A stretch of 64,000 nt of DNA from contig CBDETY010000003.1 of assembly GCA_965243025.1 (NCBI GenBank), positions 1,952,001 to 2,016,000 of the forward strand, read 5' to 3'. Below the pieces are notes generated by a model. The model searched no databases. It had not been told where the DNA came from and saw nothing but the letters and a program-made list of their open reading frames with translations. Position 1 is the first letter of the stretch. The number at the start of each line of letters is the position of its first letter. Both the position numbers and the translations under genes were made by a program. Shown one piece after another: positions 29,058-38,493 of the stretch. The stretch comes from Candidatus Latescibacterota bacterium. GTDB taxonomy: Bacteria > Latescibacterota > UBA2968 > UBA8231.

Positions 29058-29350
29058 CTGCCAGTCTCCAAGAGTAAGGACTCCACCTGCCCTGTTTTAA
29101 GGCTCCTCTGTGCCTCGACCGGTCGGTTCTGGTGGAGCGGCTTGAGTTTCACGAGAACGCTCCCAGGGGGGCTCGACATGTTCCGCAACCAGTAGTGTGA
29201 AGGGCGTCCACAGCGGAAGAGGGAGTTTCGGCCCGGACGAGGTACGGAAATCGTTATCCTTCGAGGGCGTTCCTCCAACCGTCTTCACCCGTTCTGTGCA
29301 TCAATCCTGACCACATGGGCAGTCCCCCTCTGAGAAGTAGCAAGTTTATT

Positions 29351-30388
29351 CTAACTGGCCATATTTTTCCCGTCGGTACTCCACACGTTATCCCGTTCAA
29401 CAACTATAACCATACAAAATTTGGACAAGTCTTTTCCTTTCCAAAAGGATATATCGTATAAGGAATATGAAGACCAGTTGGTTATTACCAGAATACACGG
29501 GTTACTCTGAACGCGAGATGATTTTTTTTCAAGAATTCGAATGACTTCTTTGCTGACATCAGCCAAAGTTTCCCCAGGCTGTTTAGCGACACGTTGGATT
29601 GTCTCTTCTAGATTTTGGTATCCTGCCTTGATGGTCCATTTGCCCAAATCTGGTACAGAGGTTATTTCGATGTCATAAACGGTACCTTTGATAGCTGCTC
29701 TATAATCAGGGAATTCATTCTCCCCATTCGGATATTTTTGTTCTTCTGAAATGGTTATTTTCTTCTTCAGAATCCACAGTGAAACCTTATTCCAAGTAAT
29801 TTCTTCGGAGATCTCATTGCTATTCATCATCTCTGGTGAGAACATGGATATATTTGTTGGAGAATCGCTGGCAAGTATTTCCCACGGTGAATCGGCGGGA
29901 TTGTTCAAAACAATAAACATATCTTTTCTTTCTGCATCTATATCAAGGATTTCCTCGAAAAGTGGTAGAGATTTTTCAGTTCCTTTCTTGTTGCGAACGT
30001 GGAGAACTTTCCGAGCCTTTTTCCTGAATGGTTCCTCTTTTGTGACTATTGGAGAAGGAAGATGTGCTAACTGCTTGGTTACCGTAGTCTCAAGAGATTT
30101 AGAGAAAAGAATGGTTACGGAAGTAACTCCTTCGGCAAAATCGGGATCAGCAGCCTCAACGGTGTTATAATGATCCTGAATTGTTTTTACAATATTTCCC
30201 TCATCATTACCTCGTGAGATCCCTGGTAAATCTCCTAAATGGTACCACAAACGATAATCCCACATCTTTAAAAAGATGCGGTTCATTTCTCCAGGCGATG
30301 CCTCAATAATTATCGGGCATCGCATCAAAAGTGGATGATCCTGCTCGACACGACGCACGGGCAGTCCGTATGGAATTCTCCCATTCAT
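29351..30388 (-). CDS. AT-rich hypothetical protein with possible C-terminal PD-(D/E)XK-like nuclease fold
   Basis: 345-aa ORF, AGGAGG RBS, motif EFPDY...YDIEITSV. Confidence 0.6.
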   Translation of the reverse strand: MNGRIPYGLPVRRVEQDHPLLMRCPIIIEASPGEMNRIFLKMWDYRLWYHLGDLPGISRGNDEGNIVKTIQDHYNTVEAADPDFAEGVTSVTILFSKSLETTVTKQLAHLPSPIVTKEEPFRKKARKVLHVRNKKGTEKSLPLFEEILDIDAERKDMFIVLNNPADSPWEILASDSPTNISMFSPEMMNSNEISEEITWNKVSLWILKKKITISEEQKYPNGENEFPDYRAAIKGTVYDIEITSVPDLGKWTIKAGYQNLEETIQRVAKQPGETLADVSKEVIRILEKKSSRVQSNPCILVITNWSSYSLYDISFWKGKDLSKFCMVIVVERDNVWSTDGKNMAS

Positions 30389-31870
30389 ATAAATAAATCC
30401 TCCTAGTTAGGATCAGAGGGATCGGCGTTGGTGAAGATTTCCCACGCCGGCTGTTCTGGCTTTTACCGAGTCCTTTCGTCCATCCATTTCTCCGGTTTCA
30501 TGGGTTATACAGGGCCAAGTGGGGGAACAAAGGAAGCCGTCGTTCGATTCGATTCAATAAGGTTTTCCACATCGCTTCCGTGATTGAGGGCAAACCAATG
30601 GAGGCCGTTTTTTCGCCCCTGTTGGCCGATGTTCCCTCCCTGGAGGAAATCCAGTATAGTTCAAAAACCCGGCTCGCTGCGCCAAGAACGCCTCTGGATC
30701 GAAGGAGCCGCTCTCCCTCTCCTAGGCTTCCAAGGGCGCCACTCCTGCGATCTCGCGGATCGAGGTGCTCAGGTAGACGGCGGCCAGCAGGTTCGCGGCA
30801 GGTGCCGCATGCGATGTCGTGGTGAACCGGGGCCAAGGCGTAAACCGGATCGCCGTTGTCTGAACCCCGGGAGTTCCGGGCGCTTGCCCGTGAGTCGATT
30901 ACAAGGGCTTCGCCGACGAGGATAGTCCTGCCGAGTCAGCTGCCCCTCCCGCGACTTCCAAACGACCCCCCGATCCAGCGGGTAACCGAGGAATCCTCTA
31001 TAGAAGCATTCCTGTCTCCGGCAGCGCCCGTTGGTCTAAGCAAGCCCCACGTCAGGGATGGTGCTATTCTTCCCCGGCCGGGGTGGGACTTCCTGTTTCT
31101 CAGGTCCCCGAACATTGGCTCTCCTTTGGCACTTGTCAATCAAACCGCATCGACCCTCAGGAACTCACGGCCTGCCCGGTCCGACTCGGATCCGATTGGA
31201 ATCCCGGGGTATCCGCTCCTTTCCGAGCTGTCTGTAACGGAACCCAAGCGGATGAGGATTTCTTCGTTGGGGAACCCCTCGAATCGAGACCCCACCGGAT
31301 CGTATCGGCGGAACCGCTCCTGGAAAGCGGCCAGTTGCGGATTTAAGGTGGAGGCCCTCGCAGTTCGCTCCTCAGCACCCGGTTTTTTCGCACCTCGCCG
31401 CTCAGTTCCTGAAATCTCCCCGAATCCCGATCCGGACTCAGATCCCTCCTCGATCAGGAGCGGTGGCCTTCCGATCCCCGGTACCGATTTCCCGAGGGGT
31501 GTGCAAGGCACCGACAGGATCGCCTCGCGAATCGTCGGCTTCTGCATTCTCCGTAGAAGAATGCCCTCTTCCGCAGGCGCGATCTCAGCAAATACCATGC
31601 CGGGGCACTCGCGCCTCGACCCGCCGATCCTGAAATCTTTCGGATAAACCGGCGATTGCCCGCTTCAGAATCTTTGCCCCTCCGAAGCGCCTCCTTCCGC
31701 GTCCTCTCGATTATCCGCAGACCCCCGGTCTTCTCCGCCTCGTAGCGCGACTCCGTTTCCCAGATCTCCGGAGACTGCCCCTCCCCTGACCTGCCCTCTC
31801 CCCCCCTTGCAGAATGCGCCAAAGTTTCCCGTCGCCATTACGGGGTTTTTTGAATTCCCCGAAAGCCGAC

Positions 31871-32025
31871 TTGATTTTTTAATCCAGCGGAATACACTAT
31901 AGGCACATGCAACGGGAAGCCGGCAGGATCCACCGCCGCTTCCCCAGTCCCTTCTGTCGGTGCCACGCCGACAGAGTCACATCCCACTGAAACCCGAAAG
32001 GACTGCCATGGGAGCGTGAATCACA
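31871..32025 (+). ncRNA. Candidate structured leader RNA (with promoter) upstream of the IS1595 transposase
   Basis: TTGATT-N16-TACACT promoter-like element, then two hairpins and crossing helices covering the SD (GAAAGGA) and a mini-ORF ATG-GGA-GCG-TGA that overlaps the GTG at 32016. Stems are kept in copy A. Confidence 0.5.
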
Positions 32026-33104
32026 TCGTTTTTGGTAAGGGCCGCAGGTCTCCAGTTCGGTATTCCACGGCCCGAAGGTCAGTAAGGATGAGTAATGGTA
32101 AAAGCATCTCGTTAATTGATTTGTTCAGCATGTTTCCAGATGACGCAACCGCAGAAAAATGGTTCGAAGAGAAAAGATGGGGGAAGACCGTAGACGGCCT
32201 TCCCGAATTCATATACTGCCCGCGCTGCGGCCGCTCCGACAGGGTATCGGAATGCCCCGGCCGCAAGCCCATGCCCTACTGGTGCGGCGGCTGTCGAAAG
32301 CGCTTCAGCGTGCGCACGGAAGGGGGAATGTCCCACTCCAAGATCCCCTTGCGAAAATGGGCCATCGGCGTCCACCTGTACGAATCCAGACCGAAGGGAA
32401 TCAGCGCCAGGCAGCTTGCGAGCGACCTCGACCTTGCGTATTCGTCGGCCTTGTTCATGCTGCACCGCCTCCGGGAAGCCTGGCCGGATCCCGAACCGCT
32501 ACGCAGCAGCATGGCCGAGATAGATCAAGCCTGGTTCGCCGGAGACGATAAAAACAGGCACGCCGACAAGAAGTTTCACTGGAAATGGAGGTTTGGCAGT
32601 ACCCCCGTGAGCGGAGTGCGCTGCCGGGAAACCGGCGACGTGGCCTCCAAGGTGGTCCCTGATGAGACACGCGAGACCGTGTTCCCCTTCGCCGAGGAAA
32701 ACGTACGCCCGGAGGGCGCCCTTTTCAGCGACAATGCCCCGACCTTTGGCGATGGTTTCGAATGGCCGGGAAGACACGACACCGTCAACCACAAGGAGGA
32801 ATACGTCAGAGGGGAGGTCCATACGAACGGCATGGAATCGTTCTGGGCCAAGGCGAAGCGAACGATATACGGGACCCACCACCACGTGTCTCCCAAGTAT
32901 CTGCCCCGATACCTCAAGGAGATCACAGGCAAGCACAACATCCGCAACCTGGACCCCGAGGAGCGGATAAGGTATCTGACGGCGCGGATGATGAGGAAAC
33001 GGCTGACCTACCGGGATCTGCTGGCGACGGAGGTTCCTCCGGTTCCCTACACTCATCACCGGTCGAAGGAAAGGGCGAAACTGTTCGGATGGCCAGGAAG
33101 ATGA
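32016..33104 (+). CDS. IS1595-family (ISXO2-like) transposase
   Basis: CPRCG...YWCGGCRKRFSVRT, GISARQLASDL, EIDQAW / FSDN / HTNGMESFWAKAKR and KYLPRYLKE. Alternative ATG start at 32088. Confidence 0.92.
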   Translation: MNHIVFGKGRRSPVRYSTARRSVRMSNGKSISLIDLFSMFPDDATAEKWFEEKRWGKTVDGLPEFIYCPRCGRSDRVSECPGRKPMPYWCGGCRKRFSVRTEGGMSHSKIPLRKWAIGVHLYESRPKGISARQLASDLDLAYSSALFMLHRLREAWPDPEPLRSSMAEIDQAWFAGDDKNRHADKKFHWKWRFGSTPVSGVRCRETGDVASKVVPDETRETVFPFAEENVRPEGALFSDNAPTFGDGFEWPGRHDTVNHKEEYVRGEVHTNGMESFWAKAKRTIYGTHHHVSPKYLPRYLKEITGKHNIRNLDPEERIRYLTARMMRKRLTYRDLLATEVPPVPYTHHRSKERAKLFGWPGR

Positions 33105-33420
33105 CATCCCGCTGCCGGTGCCTGCGGTCTTGCGCATTGCCGGCGGAACGGGAATCGATTCTCATCTGGTCTTTGGATGGAAGGCGATCATTCCGAATGG
33201 TCAGCAAGATGAAAGCCCCGCTGCACGGTGCCTCCGGTCAGTATTCTCCTACGGAGAATACCCCCGTCTTCCGCATCGCCGGCGGAACTGAATCGATGCT
33301 CATCTGGTGGAGGGAAGCGGCGAATCATGCCGAATGGTCGGCAAGGCGACATCCCTGCCGGCTGCCTCCCCTGTTGCGCCTGGAGCTCAGGCTGCACCCG
33401 AGGAATCCTCAGTCATCCTG

Positions 33421-33790
33421 CTTGCCCTCTTGTCGACCAAGCGGGATGACTTCCTCCTCACCTCGGCGACGACGGCTTTGCAGACCCGGGGCATTCGCGC
33501 ATCCTCTCCTCCATCAGAAAGCGGCCTTTCGATCCACGGTGCCGACTTCAGGGGGGAGGTACCTGCGAGTCCGGATAGATGGGCGGATGCAGACTGCCTG
33601 ACTATGAGAACGCCATGATATGCGGTTGCGAATCGTCGACTCAGATCAGGCAAGAGTCCCGGTTCCCTCCTCGATCCGGAATCAGATCCAGCTTGCCCCT
33701 TGCCATCTTATCGACCAAACCGAATGATCCCCTCCTCACCTCGAAGACGACGGCTTTGCGAAACTCAGGGGAATCCGCGCATCCCTCCAC
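33421..33790. repeat. Degenerate direct repeat pair (33421-33510 and 33699-33790)
   Basis: CTTGCCCTCTTGTCGACCAAGCGGGATGACTTCCTCCTCACCTCGGCGACGACGGCTTTGC versus CTTGCCATCTTATCGACCAAACCGAATGATCCCCTCCTCACCTCGAAGACGACGGCTTTGC. Confidence 0.75.
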
Positions 33791-33998
33791 GATTAGGGCG
33801 GTGGCCTTCCCGATCCAGGGTGCCAATCTGGCAGGCTTCTCCGGTCAGCACGCAATCATGTGGAATTGCCAGCCAGTCGACATCCCCCATCTCCCGGCTA
33901 TTACAGTGGGACGAAGGATGTCCGTTTCTCTGCAATTTCTCTACTATATTATACCAGATTTTATTTAAATTCGCGGATGAGATCACTAAAATTCCCTT

Positions 33999-34021
33999 GC
34001 GCAGTTATCTATATAATTCCC
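33999..34021 (-). mobile_element. Probable IS1595-family terminal inverted repeat; right boundary of the island
   Basis: Minus strand GGGAATTATATAGATAACTGCGC fits the ggnnatTAT end consensus I recall for the ISNwi1 group. It sits exactly at an abrupt GC step and at the truncation point of a host gene. Confidence 0.65.
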
Positions 34022-34216
34022 CTCGTAGCAGTCGTCGAGGGCGTCGATGCTCTCGAAGTCGGGAGAGGGCGGCCACAACAGGTTGCCGTCCGGCTTCGTG
34101 TATCTCTCCAGCACCCGGGGCGCCGCCTCCTCGATGGCGTCGAACAGCCGGCGCTGAAGAACCGCCCAGCGCGGCGGGTCGGGCGCGGGCTCGCGGGCCT
34201 CGATTGTGACGGTCAT
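34022..34216 (-). pseudogene. 5' fragment of a host gene interrupted by the island
   Basis: Host-like GC-rich codons (MTVTIEAREPAPDPPRWAVLQRRLFDAIEEAAPRVLERYTKPDG...DDCYE) run straight into AT-rich TIR sequence and stop at 33986. Confidence 0.7.
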
Positions 34217-34468
34217 GCTGCGGCTCCCCGGTTGCGCATAGGGCATGGCCCGGTTGCGCGTTCAACACCCCCCGGGCCGATACGCCGGGGGCATCTCTCC
34301 CTGCGCGACATTTCCGGGCGGCGGTTCAATCGGTCGGTGGACGAATGGCCGGTCGATATTGTACGTGATGCCGGAAGGTCCACTCAGGTATATTCTTCCC
34401 GGAATGAATCATTTCTCTGATCTGGCAACCGGCGGCGCCCGGAAAACGGCGGGTACCCGGGCAACGGC

Positions 34469-35410
34469 ATGAGTCCGCTCCCTCGATTCACCGGACTGGA
34501 GGCAGCCGGCGCGCCGGACGCGGCCTCCGTCGACGCCATCGCCGCGGCGGCCCTCGCCGAGGACCTCGGCTCTTGGGAACCCTCCCCGGAGGCGGACCTG
34601 ACCACGGCCTGGACGGTCGCCCCGCAGGCGCGGGCGCGGGCCCGCATCGTCGCCCGGCAGCGGGGGGTGATCGCCGGCCTGCCGGTCGCCTGCGCGGTCT
34701 TCCGCCGCCTCGACGGCTCGCTGCAGTTCGGCCGCCTCGCCGCCGAGGGCGGCATCGCCGAGGCGGGTGAAACCGTCGCCGAGGTGTCGGGGGCGGCCCG
34801 TTCCCTGCTGGTCGGGGAGCGCACCGCCCTCAACCTGCTGCAGCGCCTCTCGGGAACCGCCACCCTGACCCGCGGCTTCGTCACCGCCATCGCCGGCACC
34901 GGGGTGCGCGTCACCGATACCCGCAAGACCACCCCCGGCCTGAGGCAGCTGGAAAAGTACGCGGTCCGCTGCGGGGGGGGCGTCAACCATCGCCACGGCC
35001 TCTACGACGCCGTCCTGATAAAGGAGAACCATGCGGCCGCCGCCGGGGGCAGCGCCGCGGCGGTGCGGCTGGCCCGGGAAGGGGCGGCAAAGGCTGGTGC
35101 CGAAGGGGCCGCTCCCCCGCACCTCATGGTGGAAGCCCGCGACCTCGACGAGGTGCGCGAGCTCACCGCCCTGGAACGCGGCCTGCGGCCGGACCGGATC
35201 CTGCTCGACAACATGCCCCCCGAGGCAATCCGGGAGGCGGTGGCGCTGATCCGCCCGCTCGATCCGCCCATCGAGATCGAGGCGACCGGCGGCATCGGCC
35301 TCCACAACGTCCGCGACATCGCCCTGACCGGGGTCGACCTGGTCTCGATCGGGGCCCTCACCCACTCGGCTCCCGCCCTCGACCTCAGCCTGCTGTTCGA
35401 ACGCGCCTGA
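34469..35410 (+). CDS. nadC: Nicotinate-nucleotide diphosphorylase (quinolinate phosphoribosyltransferase)
   Basis: ERTALNLLQRLSG, DTRKTTPGLR, NHRHGLYDAVLIKENH, LLDNM, EATGGI and SIGALTHS. Confidence 0.96.
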   Translation: MSPLPRFTGLEAAGAPDAASVDAIAAAALAEDLGSWEPSPEADLTTAWTVAPQARARARIVARQRGVIAGLPVACAVFRRLDGSLQFGRLAAEGGIAEAGETVAEVSGAARSLLVGERTALNLLQRLSGTATLTRGFVTAIAGTGVRVTDTRKTTPGLRQLEKYAVRCGGGVNHRHGLYDAVLIKENHAAAAGGSAAAVRLAREGAAKAGAEGAAPPHLMVEARDLDEVRELTALERGLRPDRILLDNMPPEAIREAVALIRPLDPPIEIEATGGIGLHNVRDIALTGVDLVSIGALTHSAPALDLSLLFERA

Positions 35411-35428
35411 AACCGGCCCGGCCCGGCT

Positions 35429-36172
35429 TCACCCGAACGGCTTCAGCGCCCGGATGGCGAGCACCTGCCCGGCGATCTCGTCCGCCGAGGCGTCGAGCAT
35501 GCGCTCTCCCTTGTCCGCGGTGGCGGGCCGGGGGTCGCCGACCCCGCCGTGGCGGGTGCGCTGGTCGAAGCGGTGGTAGGAGGACATGCCGGGAACCCGC
35601 ATCCCCTCGCGCTCGCCGTCGGGGTCCAGCTGGTCGGTGTGGACCAGGTCTGGCCGGAGCGCCAGGATCATCGACGTCTCCGTCTCCCCGGCGTGCCCGG
35701 ATCCGTGCGGCAGGTCGCGGATCCGGTTGAGGGTGTCGGCGTCGGCCCAGGCCCAGCGCGAATAAAATTCCGCCTCCCCTTCCGGGTAGCGCTCCATCAG
35801 CCGCTGCAGGAGCACCTGGATGTTGGCGCCGTTGCCGCCGTGGCTGTTCTGGATCAGGATCTTGCGGAAGCCGCTGCCGACCATGGAGGCGACGATGTCC
35901 ATCATCAGCAGCAGGTGGGTCTCGCTGACGGCGCTGACCGTGCCCGGGTAGCGGATGTGGTGCTGCGAGTACCCCAGCCACTGCACCGGCAGCACGAGCA
36001 CGTCGTCGGGGATGCGCTCGTGGACCCGCCGCGCCACCTCCTCCCCGATCATGCTGTCGGTCAGCACCGGCAGGTGCAGGCTGTGCTGCTCGCACGAGGC
36101 GACCGGGATGTAGACGACAATGTCGCGCGGCAGCGCGTCGATCCGGGGCGAGGTCATTTCGCCGAGGAGCAT
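35429..36172 (-). CDS. Creatininase / mycofactocin MftE-like amidohydrolase
   Basis: PVASCEQHSLHLP..TD, YSQHH, NSHGGN and HAGETETS. Confidence 0.9.
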   Translation of the reverse strand: MLLGEMTSPRIDALPRDIVVYIPVASCEQHSLHLPVLTDSMIGEEVARRVHERIPDDVLVLPVQWLGYSQHHIRYPGTVSAVSETHLLLMMDIVASMVGSGFRKILIQNSHGGNGANIQVLLQRLMERYPEGEAEFYSRWAWADADTLNRIRDLPHGSGHAGETETSMILALRPDLVHTDQLDPDGEREGMRVPGMSSYHRFDQRTRHGGVGDPRPATADKGERMLDASADEIAGQVLAIRALKPFG

Positions 36173-36186
36173 GGTGCAGGTCCTTT

Positions 36187-37206
36187 CTATTTGAACGCCG
36201 GCTTCACCGGGGCCGAGCCCCGGGCGGCGGAGAGGTTGGCCGCCTCGAGCACCCCGATGACGCGGGCCGCGGACTGGGCGGTTACCGCCAGCTTCGCCCT
36301 CCCCTGCAGGTGGCGGTACACGTTGGCGTAGAACAGCTCGGCGGTCGGCAGCCGCTCCGGCACCGGGACCACGGCGCTCATCTGCCTGCCGTTGACGAGG
36401 GCGCGCAGCAGGAAGCCCTCCTCGACCGCCTCGATGGCGCCGCGGTCGCCGAGGACGCGCCAACGGGGCCGGGGGCTCATCGACAGGTTCGATATGGTCT
36501 GCGTCACCTCGCAGCCCCCCTTGAACTTCAGGGTGTACTCGGAGTGGTCCTCGTTGGTGTACGACCCCCAGGCCGGGTTCTTGACCTGGAAGCCGCTGAC
36601 CCAGTCGATCTCGTCCCCGACCAGCTGCAGGACCCAGTCGGTGAAGTGGGCGCCCCAGTCGTAGATGGCGCCCCCGGAGACCTTCTTGTCCGAGCGCCAC
36701 CAGGCCCCCGACTCCCCGTACCTGTAGAAGCCGCACTCGATCCGGAACGGCTCGCCGATGGCCTTCTCCTTGTGAATCAAATCACGTAGAAGCAGGAAGT
36801 CGGTGTCCCAGCGTCGGTTGTGAAAGGTCGAAAGCATGACCTTGCGGCGCTTCGACAGGGCGATCATCTCCCTGATCTCCCGGCTGGTGATCGCCAGGGG
36901 CTTCTCGCAGACCACGCCCGCCCCGGCGTCGAGGCACTGCAGCACCAGCCTGGCGTGGGTGTTGTGCGGGGTGATCACGGCGACGAGATCGAGCTCGGCG
37001 CGGCGCAGCATGTCCCCGACGCGGCTGTAGACCGTCGCCCCCGGCCAGTCCCGGGCGGCCGCGGCCCGGTATTCGGGATTGAGATCGCAGACCGCGGCCG
37101 CCTCCATCCCCGGGTTCTTCGTCATCGCCTCCAGGTGGAGCCGCCCCATGTTGAATGCCGGACTGTACCCGATCGCACCGCATCGAAACCTCTTCTTCGG
37201 ACTCAC
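36187..37206 (-). CDS. Gfo/Idh/MocA oxidoreductase
   Basis: ITPHNTH, VCEKPLA, FHNRRWD and GGAIYDWGAH. Confidence 0.92.
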   Translation of the reverse strand: MSPKKRFRCGAIGYSPAFNMGRLHLEAMTKNPGMEAAAVCDLNPEYRAAAARDWPGATVYSRVGDMLRRAELDLVAVITPHNTHARLVLQCLDAGAGVVCEKPLAITSREIREMIALSKRRKVMLSTFHNRRWDTDFLLLRDLIHKEKAIGEPFRIECGFYRYGESGAWWRSDKKVSGGAIYDWGAHFTDWVLQLVGDEIDWVSGFQVKNPAWGSYTNEDHSEYTLKFKGGCEVTQTISNLSMSPRPRWRVLGDRGAIEAVEEGFLLRALVNGRQMSAVVPVPERLPTAELFYANVYRHLQGRAKLAVTAQSAARVIGVLEAANLSAARGSAPVKPAFK

Positions 37207-37251
37207 GTTCTTCTCCTCATCCTCCTCGCCGCGGACCCCTGCCGCGGGTTT

Positions 37252-38493
37252 TCAGAAATGGTCGGGGGCCCAGTAGATGACCTGGCCCCGCGGAAAAAGG
37301 GCCGCCAGCAGCCGGGACTGCGCCGGATCGACCGCCTCCCCGCGGGCAGCCGGGGAAGCCTCGATGTCGGACCAGCCGCTCTCCCCCAGCAGCAGGCGCC
37401 ACAGCATCTCGCCGCTCAACGGCAAGGCCGGTCCCGCGGGCGGCCGCGGATCGAGAAGCAGCCGTCCTTGCGAATCGAGCGCCAGGGAGGAGCGCTCCCC
37501 TCCGGCCTCGAAGAGCAGCGCCGCCGGCCCCGGGGAAGCGAACTCCACCCGCTGACGCAGCTCCGGCAGCAGGGCGGAGAGCAATCCGGATAGGTCCAGC
37601 GCCTTCCACATGGTGGTGGCGTTCCCGGTCAGCTCGAGATCCCCGCCGCAGTACTCGCAGAGCAGATCGACGACCGGGTGCCGGTGCGGCAGCTCCCCGA
37701 CGATCTCGCCGGCCCCCTGCGCGGCGCACTCCCGCAGGAAATGCCGCACCAGGGCATCGGTCGCGGTTGCCGCGGCCGCGTCGAGGGCCAGCTCGCACAC
37801 TTCCGCCTGCCCGCCGTCGATCTCGTAGTTGAGGTAGCCGCGCAGGTTCCCCCCGGCGTCGAGGGCGACCGCGGCCGGAAGGATTCCCCGGATCCTCGCC
37901 GGCTGCGAGTCCCAGTAGGGCCGGTCCCTGACCAGGGAGCCGCTGAGGCCGGCGTTGTACCTGTCGTACAGCGCCATCACCGCCTCGAGGTCGCGGGCTT
38001 CGTCGAAGGCTTCGACCCGCCACTCCCCAGCGCCCTCTCCGAGCTCCGGAAGGGTTGCGCGGGCGTCCGGGGCGGCAATGCGGAACCCCGGCATCGGCAC
38101 GCTCCCCCAACCGTGTCGGCGGTAGAATTCCGTGGCCACCTCGGTGAAGAGAACGCTGGTGAGGTAGCCGCGGCCCCGCATCCAGTCGATGGCATCCCTG
38201 AGCAGTGCCGAGGCATGGCCGCGGCGGCGGTGGTCCGGATGGGTCCCGACCCCGCCGATCCCCCCCATCCTCACCGCGGTTTCCCCGACCCGGACGGTGC
38301 GGTCCCAGACTCGCAGGGTGGCGACGATCCCGCCGTCGACGACCACGACCCGGGTCTGCTCGAGCTCGTAGGAGGAATCGCCGCGGATGTAGGCGTTGTA
38401 GCGTTCGTGGCCGCGGGGGCGGAAGACCAGGCACTGGAGCTCGATCATCTCCTCGAGCTCCTGCTCGCGGACGGCGCGGATCTCCACGGTCAT
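37252..38493 (-). CDS. Eis-like tandem GNAT acetyltransferase
   Basis: MGGIGGVGTHPDHRRRGHAS, FYRRHGW, a second GNAT-like region, an SCP2-like tail and C-terminal DHF. ATG overlaps the amidase stop. Confidence 0.85.
   Translation of the reverse strand: MTVEIRAVREQELEEMIELQCLVFRPRGHERYNAYIRGDSSYELEQTRVVVVDGGIVATLRVWDRTVRVGETAVRMGGIGGVGTHPDHRRRGHASALLRDAIDWMRGRGYLTSVLFTEVATEFYRRHGWGSVPMPGFRIAAPDARATLPELGEGAGEWRVEAFDEARDLEAVMALYDRYNAGLSGSLVRDRPYWDSQPARIRGILPAAVALDAGGNLRGYLNYEIDGGQAEVCELALDAAAATATDALVRHFLRECAAQGAGEIVGELPHRHPVVDLLCEYCGGDLELTGNATTMWKALDLSGLLSALLPELRQRVEFASPGPAALLFEAGGERSSLALDSQGRLLLDPRPPAGPALPLSGEMLWRLLLGESGWSDIEASPAARGEAVDPAQSRLLAALFPRGQVIYWAPDHF

Noticed and set aside
29054-29288. 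Short ORFs between the two minus-strand defence candidates
   Set aside because: Two overlapping low-complexity frames with no motif support.
31739-31746. CTCGTAGC as the left target-site duplication for the 34021 end
   Set aside because: It is not followed by a TIR-like sequence and not preceded by the rest of the host gene. An 8-mer match is expected by chance.
30498-31822. ORFs 30856-31647, 31140-31598 and neighbours
   Set aside because: No RBS or motifs, and homologous copies elsewhere in the window differ by frameshifting indels.
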